Below the pieces are notes generated by a model that ran no database searches, was not told the origin of the DNA, and worked only from the letters and a program-made list of their open reading frames with translations. Below, piece by piece: positions 12,922 to 25,852 of a stretch of 64,000 nucleotides of DNA. Location: assembly GCF_001194135.2 (NCBI RefSeq), contig NC_068998.1, forward strand, positions 24,755,975 to 24,819,974, given 5' to 3'. A program made the translations under genes and the position numbers. The stretch's first letter is position 1, and the number at the start of each line of letters is the position of its first letter. This DNA comes from Octopus bimaculoides. Lineage: Eukaryota.

Positions 12922-14491
12922 GTGTGTGGTGAATGAAGTGAATGCATTCTGAATTAAGGTTCTATTCTTCTACTAAGTATATAAAATAATCTCCTCCTGC
13001 AATTTTTCAAAAGGTCATCCTAAGTTTAAATGATAAAACTATATTTCAAAGCAATCTGCTATCTGGTAAAATGTTCTATGAACCACTAACGTTGGCAAAC
13101 ATTAAGATAGACTATCCTCAGATCGCTTCTTCTACTTGCATGGGTAAAATCTTGAACAAAGATGCATAGGAATGCATACATTGGATGAATATATACCTCA
13201 ACTTAATGAATTAAATGCACATAAATAATACAAGGGATATTAGGATACTTATCCAGCAGAAACACGTGTCGGATTGGAATTTAAATGAGAACAATACTGT
13301 ATGTGTTCGTGTGTGTTAGTTGTGCACTTAACAAGATAAAAGTTTTGTGACTATCCCCCTATTGGAAAGAGAGACAGAATGTCCAGGTAGAGCTAACACC
13401 GCAAACCACGAAAGAGTCAATGCATCACAGATTGTTGTATATGAGGCGGGGGTGTTGCCGAAGGATTCCAGTGGAAGAACGTGTGAAAGCATGCGGGCGC
13501 GACAAAGAGTCCCTTCAGGACCAAATTTAACAAGTCGAACTTTAATGTCACAAACCTAGCGAAGCACTAATGGTGATTAAAAAGCAATCCCACCGATTGC
13601 ACCATCAGGAGTATAGCAATGGATCAAGGCAAAAACCTTCTTCAATGACAGTTGGTGGTACAAGCTCTACATGGACAACAAAATCTTCCTCACTCTGGCA
13701 TCTACCTAAACTGTATAAGAGAGATTTTCGGATACTTTTCTTATGGAGGCTGTTATGTCTTTGATTACTGGCGGACTACCCTATGAAATGTTATTGTTGT
13801 TACTGCTAAAAGCCATTTCCAAATGAGTTAAGACAGCTACCACTGATGAGCTCTTGCTTCTTCTGCCGCTACTGCTGTCATTGCTACTAATACTATTACT
13901 TATCAACAATATCGTAAACGAAATAGATACACTATATGATTTCTGTACGACAAACATGTCTCAATCCAGACCTAATATCATTAAAATTTAAGTTGATTAA
14001 TTTCAATATATTTCTCTTATATTTCAGTATGTCTAAATCGCCTTTTTAAGCGATTAAAACCGGCAATATATTTTGTTATGAATGTAAATATTTACTTTAA
14101 CATTGATAACATTCTGAAAGCATTTTTTTCTCGTATTTTTAATATAATTTTACTCGTCTTATCCCTTTTCAATCCATATATATGTGTATGTGTATATATA
14201 TATATATATATNNNNNNNNNNNNNNNNNNNNNNNNNNNNNNNNNNNNNNNNNNNNNNNNNNNNNNNNNNNNNNNNNNNNNNNNNNNNNNNNNNNNNNNNN
14301 NNNNNNNNNNNNNNNNNNNNNNNNNNNNNNNNNNNNNNNNNNNNNNNNNNNNNNNNNNNNNNNNNNNNNNNNNNNNNNNNNNNNNNNNNNNNNNNNNNNN
14401 NNNNNNNNNNNNNNNNNNNNNNNNNNNNNNNNNNNATACACACACACACATACACACACGTATATATATATAAGTGTATGTATGTATGTAT

Positions 14492-14605
14492 GCCATTGTT
14501 CAGTTTCATTTCAAGATTTCTTGACAATAGGGAAAAATCCGGTTTCTAACCTAGATCCAAAGCTTCTTGATTGGAATTTCTTCATCAACAACAGGGTATT
14601 TTTGT
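14492..14605 (+). repeat. Short dispersed repeat, copy 1 (partner at 22601-22715)
   Basis: atttcaagatttcttg...gtttctaacctagatccaa...gtatttttgt shared by both copies; each lies between (TATG)n-type tracts. Confidence 0.8.
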
Positions 14606-14619
14606 TTGTCTGTCTGTCA

Positions 14620-14653
<34 letters not shown>

Positions 14654-15339
14654 ATGCATGTATGTATGTATGTATGTATGTATGTACAGATTTGTATAGT
14701 TTGCTTTATGAATGTATTCTCAAACATATACTTGCATATCTAGACATGCAATTATAAGTATGAGAATATCTAGACATGCTCATATATATTAATATGATAA
14801 ACTTCTGGAAAGTTTTACAGATCTTTACAGTTCCAGTGATGGATTGTATCTGTAGTATTCGAATCAGCTTTCTCCTTTCTGGTTTTGAGAAGCCTATTTT
14901 CTCAAGATTCGTATTTAGGCAGTGTTTTACATATTGTAATGCCCCAATAATTACATACGTTACATATGTATTATATCATACCTTGATACTGTGTGGACTA
15001 AGCTTCCCGTTGAGTGGGCGCTGTTATCTATAGTGTTAAACAATTTCTGTATGCGTATTAGGGACTACGTAGGTATTAGCATATAAATATAACAATTTTT
15101 TAAATTTAGAAACAAATTTGGGAATAATCGAAATAAATTTCGAAATCCAGCGAAATTCACCCATGAATTAGAAATAATTATTTGTACTAAAAGTAAGGAT
15201 CTATGTACATCAAATTGTCTTTAAATTAAGTGACGGCAGAAGAATTATCATTGAACTTTTAAAAGGTATGCTTAAATATTAATGTAATACTTAAATGCAG
15301 CGATCAGTTTTCAGTTTTTCTGTAGTTTACCGTTACTTA

Positions 15340-15749
15340 TCACATACAGCAGCGGTTTGCTCGTATAAATAAATCTCCGCCAACAGAGAACCTAATTGCA
15401 ATCAAAAGAGCCAACGCTGCAAGGAGAAAAAAGCAAGCCCCGTCAAATAAAAACCCAAATAAAACGGCAACCAGGAGAGCTTCGATTGTTGAGAATATGC
15501 AAATGCTTAGGGACTCTGAAACTCCTGAACAAGTTGCATCCAGAAGAGCATCAAATGCTCTTACTAAGAGGAGAGAAAGGGCATTAAAGATACCTGAACA
15601 AGCTGAGTCTAAGAGAGCTTCCAATGTAGCCAACATGAGAAGAGTAAGGTATTCAGAATCACTAGAGCAATCAGAAACCAGAAGAGCTTCCAATGTTATA
15701 TGAGCTAGCCTAAAACCAGCACTGGCGTGACGGGCGGCTTTTCAGCTAG
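15340..15749 (+). mobile_element. Internally deleted Helitron-like remnant (charged repeat segment joined to a 3' CTAG end)
   Basis: Plus frame encodes ~23-aa repeats (SETPEQVASRRASN / KIPEQAESKRASN / SESLEQSETRRASN), followed by a degenerate hairpin cac-tggc-gtg and, 11 nt later, CTAG-T (15746-15750). 5' end not located. Confidence 0.55.
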
Positions 15750-15779
15750 TATATTTCATATATATAGGGATAATTCACA

Positions 15780-15960
15780 AAAGAAAAACAAAAGACAAAG
15801 ACAAGTGGTGTACACAACAAACAGATGTATTAGTTTAACGCTCAGAAAGTAAAAAAGTCTTTAACGTGTCGAGCCTACGCTCTTCCACAGAAAGGAACAC
15901 AACGAAACAAGGAGAAAAAATAAAGAATGTGTAGTGGATAGCGATCTATCATGGCGAATA
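15780..15960 (-). mobile_element. PLE pLTR-like fragment with degenerate hammerhead-like motif
   Basis: Minus strand 15864-15890 reads ctgtggaa-GAGC-gtag-GCTC-gacac-gt: stem II intact, both catalytic core strands mutated. Confidence 0.4.
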
Positions 15961-18699
15961 CCGGACAGAGGGCTCACACAGGAGAGCTAGGAAAAAAGGG
16001 GAGATAATAAAGTAGTGGTGCTCCCAATATATATATTCTTATACATATACTTACATATGCATGTATCTAAGTTAGTATTTGTGTGCGTGTGTACGTATAC
16101 TCGTCCATATCTGACTTCGTATGTATCTATGTCTGTGTACGCACGCACACGCGCATGTGTGCACGCATTTCTCTGAAAGATATCGATATGAATATATGTG
16201 TAAAGATTTTTGATATTCAGGCATGAGGTTTTTAACAACGTTGTGTTCAGTTGTTTCAGTGCATGTAAGTATCTATACATGTATTAGTTATTTCCAAGTC
16301 ATGTTACAAGCAATTTCCATTTGTCTTTCTTTATAAAGTGTTGTTTATAACCTACATCTATTATAAGAAGCTACATGAGCACACACTTGATTCAATGCGG
16401 GCTCACAAAGTGATTGTGTCTGTGTGTGTGCATCTGTGCTTTGTAAATGAATAGGTTTCTATGCCTGTCTGAATGTTTGCATGTGTTAGTATACTTATTT
16501 GCATGTCAATGCACAAATATGGTTTTCCAAATATTAGACTTCGTCGAAATTTCATGCATGTGTTTATCAATATTTGTGTAAGTACCTACGCATGTTACAA
16601 GCTATGTATGTTCATATGCTTGTATGTAAATGTATGAGTCTGAATGTTTGAATTAAATTCTCCGACGAAAGACATACGTAACCGCTGAAGCAGTTGCCTG
16701 TTGCTATATACATATTTTCCCCACAAGGGAAATCAAACGTCTCCTACTATCAGTCTTCTAAAATACAATCTGAAGATTGTTTCAACTTGGATGATTATTT
16801 ATTGTTAGACCTAGACCTTCTTGACACAATTTCCTCGTATGGCACGCGCATTAACACACACAACACACAAACACACACAAATATGTATAACATATATAAG
16901 GTATGTATGAGCGTGTCGGTGTGCATCTAGATATATATATATATATGCAGAGCTTATATACATACATGCATGCACACATAAATATACATATGTATATATA
17001 TATATATATATATNNNNNNNNNNNNNNNNNNNNNNNNNNNNNNNNNNNNNNNNNNNNNNNNNNNNNNNNNNNNNNNNNNNNNNNNNNNNNNNNNNNNNNN
17101 NNNNNNNNNNNNNNNNNNNNNNNNNNNNNNNNNNNNNNNNNNNNNNNNNNNNNNNNNNNNNNNNNNNNNNNNNNNNNNNNNNNNNNNNNNNNNNNNNNNN
17201 NNNNNNNNNNNNNNNNNNNNNNNNNNNNNNNNNNNNNNNNNNNNNNNNNNNNNNNNNNNNNNNNNNNNNNNNNNNNNNNNNNNNNNNNNNNNNNNNNNNN
17301 NNNNNNNNNNNNNNNNNNNNNNNNNNNNNNNNNNNNNNNNNNNNNNNNNNNNNNNNNNNNNNNNNNNNNNNNNNNNNNNNNNNNNNNNNNNNNNNNNNNN
17401 NNNNNNNNNNNNNNNNNNNNNNNNNNNNNNNNNNNNNNNNNNNNNNNNNNNNNNNNNNNNNNNNNNNNNNNNNNNNNNNNNNNNNNNNNNNNNNNNNNNN
17501 NNNNNNNNNNNNNNNNNNNNNNNNNNNNNNNNNNNNNNNNNNNNNNNNNNNNNNNNNNNNNNNNNNNNNNNNNNNNNNNNNNNNNNNNNNNNNNNNNNNN
17601 NNNNNNNNNNNNNNNNNNNNNNNNNNNNNNNNNNNNNNNNNNNNNNNNNNNNNNNNNNNNNNNNNNNNNNNNNNNNNNNNNNNNNNNNNNNNNNNNNNNN
17701 NNNNNNNNNNNNNNNNNNNNNNNNNNNNNNNNNNNNNNNNNNNNNNNNNNNNNNNNNNNNNNNNNNNNNNNNNNNNNNNNNNATATATATGCATATATAC
17801 ATATATACATATATATGTATATATACATGTATACGTATATATACATATATATATATATATATACATATATATGTATATATACATGTATATGTATATAGAT
17901 GTAAATGTATATATATATAAGCGTATATATACGCTCATATGCAAAGTAATGTGTGCAAATATATACATTCACGCCTTACTCTACTCTAAATTACTGTACA
18001 TAACAGGGAGAGCGCATAATGAAATTTGTATATATAAGCTAAAACTTATATATATATATACATATGTGTGTGTGTGTCTGTGTGTATGTGTGTGTGTGTT
18101 TGTGTGTGTGTATGTGTGTTTGTATGTGTGTGTATGTGTGTGTGTGCATGTGTGTGTATATGTGTGTGTGCATATATTAAGGTATGTATATATGTACATA
18201 TACATATATATACACACACACATATATATATATATGAATTCTTGCTTGGCATTTTACTTATCATCTACCACAACAAAACAGTTTCAACGGCGGCAACAAC
18301 AACAGAAATAAGTGAAAAAAATGCAAATAGAACGACAAAAAGTCTTTTTTTCTAACCATGAAACTAAATAGTATGTAGCAGTATAGAATGTCATATGCTA
18401 AAAGCAGTTAATACATACATGTGATATTATTAAGACATTTCGCAATGTCCTTAGAAATCTTCAAAGTTAAAACACGCAATACGTATATGAATCAATGAAT
18501 ATATATTTTCCTAAAGGAGACGTTATAGGAGGCTCAAACGATAAATCGACTTACGCTAATATTACTAATTTCTGTTCTCTATCATATTATGAGTTCAATT
18601 CCCAGTAGAATGTATTTCGCCTTTCATCTCACCAAGTCTACTAATAGGCGTACCAGGGTTTACTGATTCGCCTATGTACCATCAGTCTATACAATTACA

Positions 18700-18733
<34 letters not shown>

Positions 18734-19977
18734 GTGGGGTGTTTGCCTATATGTACGCATTAATCTATGTCTGTCTGCCCATGTCTTTTTTCTTTCTTTT
18801 TCTCTCTCTCTCTATATATATACCCCCCATATATATATCTGCACAGAGAAAGAGAAAAAGAGAGATTGAATAAGATAAGGGAAACGCTATTTTTTTATTT
18901 GACATTTTATTCTTCTATTGGCAATATGACAAATTCATATCTAATACAGCATGTATTTATATGTTCATATGCATTATGTTCGCTTTGTACTTTTTCTATT
19001 TGTTATATAGCTCACTTTTACATCTTTTTTCAAATATTTGTATTTGAATAACTTATAATGTGTGATCTAGCTGATTTCCGAAGAGGGTCGATTTTTGGAC
19101 TACGGACGGCTGGAATTTTCGTCACAAAACTGAAATATTGTTTAATACATCGAGCGTTACAATGTCTAAAATCCTGTTGACATTTCAAGATCAACGTAAA
19201 ACCTGTTCTGGCACGCTTAACTCTTAAGAGAAATCAAAGCTTACAGAGAGGACCAGCAGAATAGTGAAGCGTTTTGTGTCGAACTGTGGCAGTAAACGTG
19301 ACAGAGCTAAACCTTCTTCTTGCCAACTCTGCACCGACCTAGGCCATTAGCTGTGAACGTCATAAAGCTGGATACCATGGGAGAACTGTAGTCACCCACT
19401 CAGAATGTTTTGTCCCACCGTGAAGCATGGAGGTAGCTTTGTGGGGAACTGAGCAGCAATATACCGGAAATCTCTTGGTGCTTCATGTGTTCCACATAAC
19501 ATAGTCAATGCCAAGTATGACCTGATTTTGGCTGATTATATCCAGCCTGTGGTAAAAACATTGTTTCTGATGGTAGAGAAACCTTCCAAGATGATACTGT
19601 GCTGATTCGTACGACTGATGTTAGTTCAAAATCAGGACGAGGAGCGAGACCAGAAGTAAGGAAGACAACTTGGATATAAGAGAACACATATGTTGCATTT
19701 TGAAGCAGCAATCAAGGAGACATTTCTCTTCACGATCGTCGCTATAAAGGATAAAGAGTATGTTACTTGAAGAATATCTTATAGTTTCCCTAACAATCAC
19801 TCAGAATCTGTTCAAGTTAAATCCTCGACGTATTAAAAATAGTGTAACTTTCATTTAACAGGTTCTATTATTTAGTTGAACAGCTGTATATACACATACA
19901 CACATACATATGCATGCCTGTATTTATATATGTACATATGAATGTATGAATATTTGTACACACACACACACACACAT

Positions 19978-20032
<55 letters not shown>

Positions 20033-21012
20033 CATGCACATGTGTGCGTATGTGCGTGTGTGTGTGTATGTATGTACGTGTGACTGGTAAAGGAAATTGC
20101 TAGTTGAAATATATTGGCTATAGTATTTAGAAAGAATGGCAGTGATACAATTTTAATGACTGACAACTTAGACTGCATTATTTTATCTTAAGTCACGGGA
20201 GGAATTTTGGTAGTAAATATGATGTAAACCTCATTTGCCGTCGGAAGATTAACTATATATAACGAAGAAATGAATGCGATAAATGTAGAATTATATGTGA
20301 ATATTCGCTTGATGCGATAGAAAACTATCAAAGTATACGCATTTTAGTCTAAATAATTGTGATAAAACTGTACTTCTTTGCTGCACTGTATTAATTTCAG
20401 ATGCTAATTATTAACAATTGACCTTGAAGTAATTCTGAATGAGTCAACGAATTTAATCATAGTGATATTAACTAAGAGGAAACACAGCAAATGACAGTCT
20501 CATCATGAAATCTATCAAAGAGGAAGCTATTGTCATAAAGAGACAATGATTTTCTCGCGCAATATCGGAAATTGAACTATATATCTTTCATTAGGATCAC
20601 TGGTGTTGAAGTAATTGATCATTAATGATCTGGAAATCAAATACTGTTCTCGCAAAATGAACTGTTGAAACATTTAAGGATGTACCTTGGTTTTCCCATA
20701 ATACGACTGTTATTTTCATGCATTATTAATCTTCTCTATAGCTTGTATTAAGAATACAACCAATATCAACAACATATCTTAATGACGAGTCAATGAGGAA
20801 GCAGCTATGTGATTGCTCCATATACTAGAGATAACATCCAAATCTTCCTCAACCATACATTACAGGCTTGAAAACAATGGGACACACAGTATAATGTAAT
20901 GATCGAATAAAGGATTGGAGGAGCACAGATAAAATGCCTTTCATCATAAATTTGAAACAACCAGGATGAATTAGGGATAAACAACAACAGCAAAAGAAGC
21001 ATATTCTTTCTA

Positions 21013-21200
21013 GTTTTGGCACAATGCTAGCAATTTGATGAAAGGGGAGACTCGACTTGGTCGACTGGTATTTTCTTTTATCGGCTCTGAAAGAATGTAA
21101 GGGAAAGTTTTCAGAATTTGAACCTAGAATGTAAGAAACTCGAAGAAATGCCTCTTAGCATTTTGACCTGCATGCGAACGATTCTGCAAGCACGTCACCT
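21013..21200 (-). mobile_element. SINE family A, degenerate
   Basis: ttttggcacaatgctagcaattt tail block, agaatttgaac (reverse B-box) and gcattttgacctgcatgcgaacgattctgcaagc head. Confidence 0.7.
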
Positions 21201-22600
21201 TAATAGCCGCCTAAACATGTGAGTGACAACTCTGAACTATATTTCCCGTGAATTTTAGAAGCGTTTTAGAAAGTCGTATATTCTAATAATCAGCTGTGAA
21301 ATTAGACACTTATTACCAGAGATTGATGGAAGTTATATCAAATTTAATTTGTTAGTGTCAATAGAAAATGCCAAAATTTGAATGGAATAGAATTGGTAAT
21401 GACTTATCTATGATTAATGTCCAGAATAAATAACAAGATCTTGTCTTTCGTTTCATATTCCTTTTAGGATATGGTAGTATAAAGAACGATTCCATTTTTG
21501 TGTATGATAAAATTATGGTCGCATAAAGAGATTGTAGATTGAATTAGTTGTCGTTTATATATTTCTCACGCTATAGTCAAAGGAAAACGTGCAGTATATT
21601 ATATTCTGTAGCGGCTTTCTGAAACTAGTTGGGAGAAGGTTCACTGACATTTGGGCTAATATGAATTAATCGATTCATTTAAATAATCTAACGGGACGTC
21701 AAGGTTGCGCTGTATCTACCAGAAAATAGAGCAGATTTCCTCGTAGTTACTCGAACAGTCAAGCCTCTGGAGTATCAACCGCCAGTAAAACTCTGACGGA
21801 GAAGTACTTTCAACACTATTTTCTAACAAACACTGCTACTACGTATGGGACGGCACACTCAAAAGCAGTACAGCACGACTGTGAATTACCATTCGGAGAC
21901 ATGGCCCACGTGATTCGTATTCGTCACCAAAAGTAACCAAAGGTCAAATGATGGCATTAAATAGAGTGACATACTAGAATTACCAAGTGTGATTTCTTTT
22001 ATTGTATGTCACAAAGAGTTTAATGAGTGTTTAATGGGCTATGTTGTGATGACAAACTATATTAGAAAGAGAATATCAACTTCAGAATCATTTAGTATAT
22101 ATACGTAACTGATGTTTATACTGCGTTGAAAGAATTCTCTTCTACCAAAGTACGTAAATTCAGTTATCAGTCAATACATAACAATGTATAGACTATATTC
22201 ACAGTTCTTAAATTCAGCCTGAAATATCAGATTTAAAGGAAATGAATATATTGCCAATATCATTTAATGTATATCAAATCCAACGACATTCAAAGACATA
22301 ACATTTTAGACTTTTATGAATAGAAATTAACTAGTAAGATCTTGATGGCTGAGAATTTCGCCTTCGCAGTTTCAATACCGACTTTAATCATGATTTAGGA
22401 ACGATTATATTTTGCTTCTTGTAAACTCTTGTTTCTTTAAAACTTCATACAATCATCATGAACTTTGGTATAAGCTAAGAATGTTCGTAATCACTACTGA
22501 AGTCAGAATTAGACTGAATGTATGTATGTGTGTATGTATGTATGTATGTATGTATGCATGTATGTATGCATGTGTGTGTGATAATGTGAGTGTGTATGCA

Positions 22601-22715
22601 TGTCATTATTTAGTCTTATTTCAAGATTTCTTGTTAATAGAGAAAGAGCCAGTTTCTAACCTAGATCCAAGGTTCCTTCATTGAAATTTAAACGACATCA
22701 ACCAGGTATTTTTGT
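22601..22715 (+). repeat. Short dispersed repeat, copy 2 (partner at 14492-14605)
   Basis: Same atttcaagatttcttg...tttctaacctagatccaa...gtatttttgt block. Confidence 0.8.
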
Positions 22716-22897
22716 ATGTACGTATATATATATAAATGCCTTATGTTCCCGTTCCTTTTTTGTCCACACTTTTTTGACGTCCTGTACCCGGATATGCATC
22801 TATATATACACGTAGATGTAGGTATGTACATATATGTATGTATATATGCATATGCTCACATTTCATTTGTATTATTATTATTATTAATATTATTATC

Positions 22898-22928
<31 letters not shown>

Positions 22929-24888
22929 NNNNNNNNNNNNNNNNNNNNNNNNNNNNNNNNNNNNNNNNNNNNNNNNNNNNNNNNNNNNNNNNNNNNNNNN
23001 NNNNNNNNNNNNNNNNNNNNNNNNNNNNNNNNNNNNNNNNNNNNNNNNNNNNNNNNNNNNNNNNNNTGTGGATAGAAACATACATATCTAACAATCCATC
23101 TATCCATCCATCCATCAATTCATCTATCTACCTATCTATCTATCTCATTCTATTCACTGCATGATGTGCATGCAGCAGCTATAACTTTAAATCTGATACA
23201 TTTTTACTGCTTTATAGTTGGGTGCTTATTTGGCCTCCTTTGCTATAATGATTTAGGGCGTTAAGATTGACAAAATTCCCTGCATTGTTCCCTATTAAAA
23301 ACTAAATTTGGGGTATATTTCCCTTCTCTCTAAAACATTTGAGGCAAGCAAATGGCAACATTTTTTACGTTTTATCTTCTTAATACTCAACTGAGCGTTT
23401 TCTGAGGTTTCCAAATAGCCATGCATAAAAACATGTTAGATTGACATCCTCAGTTTCTTTTATTTTAGCTTTAGAAAAAAAATGGATTCGTTCTACTGGA
23501 TAATGCCTCGGGAGTATGGCGAGTAACGATGGGATATACTGTCACTGAAATACTTGGAATTTTCTTCACATTTTACGAGAATATTTTGCTTGGAAACGAA
23601 AGTTTTAAAACGTCACAGTGCTTGGAATTTTTATTATTATCTTATTGCGTCATCATGATTTTTAAAGTTGACAGTTCATGACTTAATGATTTTACAATGA
23701 CACTTTTGTTTTCTACTCTTAATCTTTCCATCTTTGTTTTAGTTAGTATCAAACGGCGTTATATTATTTAACGAGACATGATGATTTACTGAATAGTTTA
23801 ATACTACCCTATTCAAAAAAAAAATCTTGCAAAATAATGTTGTATGTAGTGACATAAAACACGAAAATAAAACATTTCGAATTGGTTTTTATTTTTGCGA
23901 AGCAATAAAACAAAGAAATGGTTCCTTATGAAGACGTCTACATTTAAGAGCCGAATCCGGGAAGCGTTTGGAACACAAGAGTTTTGTTATGATTTTAGAA
24001 GCGAAATTGCTGAAATGTTTGGCTTCGTTGTAACATGCAGAGGGGGAGGGGAGGAAACGAGGTATGTGTATATATAGACTTGGAGAGTACATAAAAGAAG
24101 AAAAAGAAAACAGATTATCAGGAATGCCAGAGTAAATATAAATATCATTCAAATGGTAAAAAAAAGCCATACTTCATCAAATTTGTTCTAGTGTCAATAT
24201 GTTTAGAATAATGATATATCTCATGAATTTGTTCAGAAATAAAGTCAGATACATTACGCAATGAGCAAGGGTTAAATACGCCAGTGATAATGAGAAATTC
24301 GTAGATAGTTTCTAATTTAAGCAGAGTACTAACCCTATTCAGCATTTTGCTGCAAATAACATTTCAATTCTTTTGTTCGTAAACAAGATGTTGCTTTTCA
24401 AATACTGTGTCTGTTTGAGATTCGAAATCATTCCAATTATATGTGATTTGCGTACATTGTTTACGTATCTCTTCAAAATTTGCTGATTTAAATTACAGTT
24501 ATTTAATGATAATTTCAAAAATATTGAAACATCAAAGTAACTTCCCAAACATATTTAAGTAGACATCTCTAAGAAACGTAAAAAATTATATTGAACTATA
24601 ATTTAGGAACACCTGGTATATTTCCAAATAATTAATTACAAATATAGAATACATTAAAAAATGCAAGCCATGAAGCCACTGAAATCACGATATAAACATA
24701 GCATAGAATGTCTATATGCCTGGAATATATTTTTTGAATATTACATAATCGACGCCTAGACTTGTAGCGTCATACACCATATTTAGATTTCCAAGGTTCA
24801 ATTCCATTTCATATACAAGATATTGTTGTGTTTCTCATAACGCGATTTTGTGTTTCTCACAGCAGGATTTTTGTTGTGTTTCTCACAA

Positions 24889-24962
24889 CGCCGAGGTCCA
24901 ACTTGTCATCCATCCTTCCGAAGGTTGATAAAATAAGTACCAGTTAAACACTGGGTCTATGT
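24889..24962 (+). mobile_element. SINE family A, central fragment
   Basis: gccgaggtccaacttgtcatccatccttccgaaggttgataaaataagtaccagttaaacactggg. Confidence 0.7.
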
Positions 24963-25649
24963 GTATTCAGAACATAATGAGTAGTAATTAAATAGCAGGT
25001 GGCTATTTCCCACGTTCTTCCAAAATTTGAAATCAATAATTGTTTCTTATTATTAAGGCACAAGTCCAGCTAGGGAGTTACTCGAATACATCGACCACAT
25101 TATTTGCCTAACACGTTATTTTATCCAACCGAAAAAAGCTTTGAGGCAAAATGGGATTTGTATGTACAATTTAGAAAGCCTGAACAAACACAGCTTCGCG
25201 TTTACATTCTTCGGTGCTGTAAAGATTAGGTCAAATCCCTACCCGTCAATTATTTGATAATGATTTTCTTTTCTAGCATAGTTGCATGCCCAAATAAAGT
25301 GGTGTAATTGATTAAATAGATCGAAAGGTTTATCGAAACCATGCAATGAAAGTTAAAATGGAGCATTTCAATGGACATAATGCAATATATTTTAACCGTT
25401 TTATTCATTAACTCAGTCCATCAACCTCGTAATGAATTGCCATCCTCGCAGTGAATTGTCAAAATACTGCGTGCTAATTATGTTCTGAATACACATCAAT
25501 CCAAAATCATCATTAGTCTTTATTCTTTCGGGAGTGTGAGAGTGTATAAAATAAAGTAACATTATACACTGGAATAATTTAATTAAATACATTCCACCTA
25601 TATGTGATCTTCTGATTAGGATGAAAGTTAATTATTAAGCGTAATATAA

Positions 25650-25852
25650 GGCGGCGAACTGGCAGAGTTGTTAGCACGCCGGGAAAAATGCTTCACAGTA
25701 TTTCATCCGTCTTCACATTCTGGATTCAAATTCCACCGTGGTTGGCTTTGCCTTTATTTCACTCAGAGTCGATAAAATAAGTAGCAGTTGAGCAATCAAC
25801 TTACCCCTCACCCATGGGGATAGCTGGCCTTGTGCCACAATTTGAAACCAAT
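25650..25852 (+). mobile_element. SINE family A, full length
   Basis: ggcggcgaactggcagagttgttagcacgccggg head, ggattcaaattcc, gtcgataaaataagtagcag, ggccttgtgccacaatttgaaacca tail. Confidence 0.9.
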
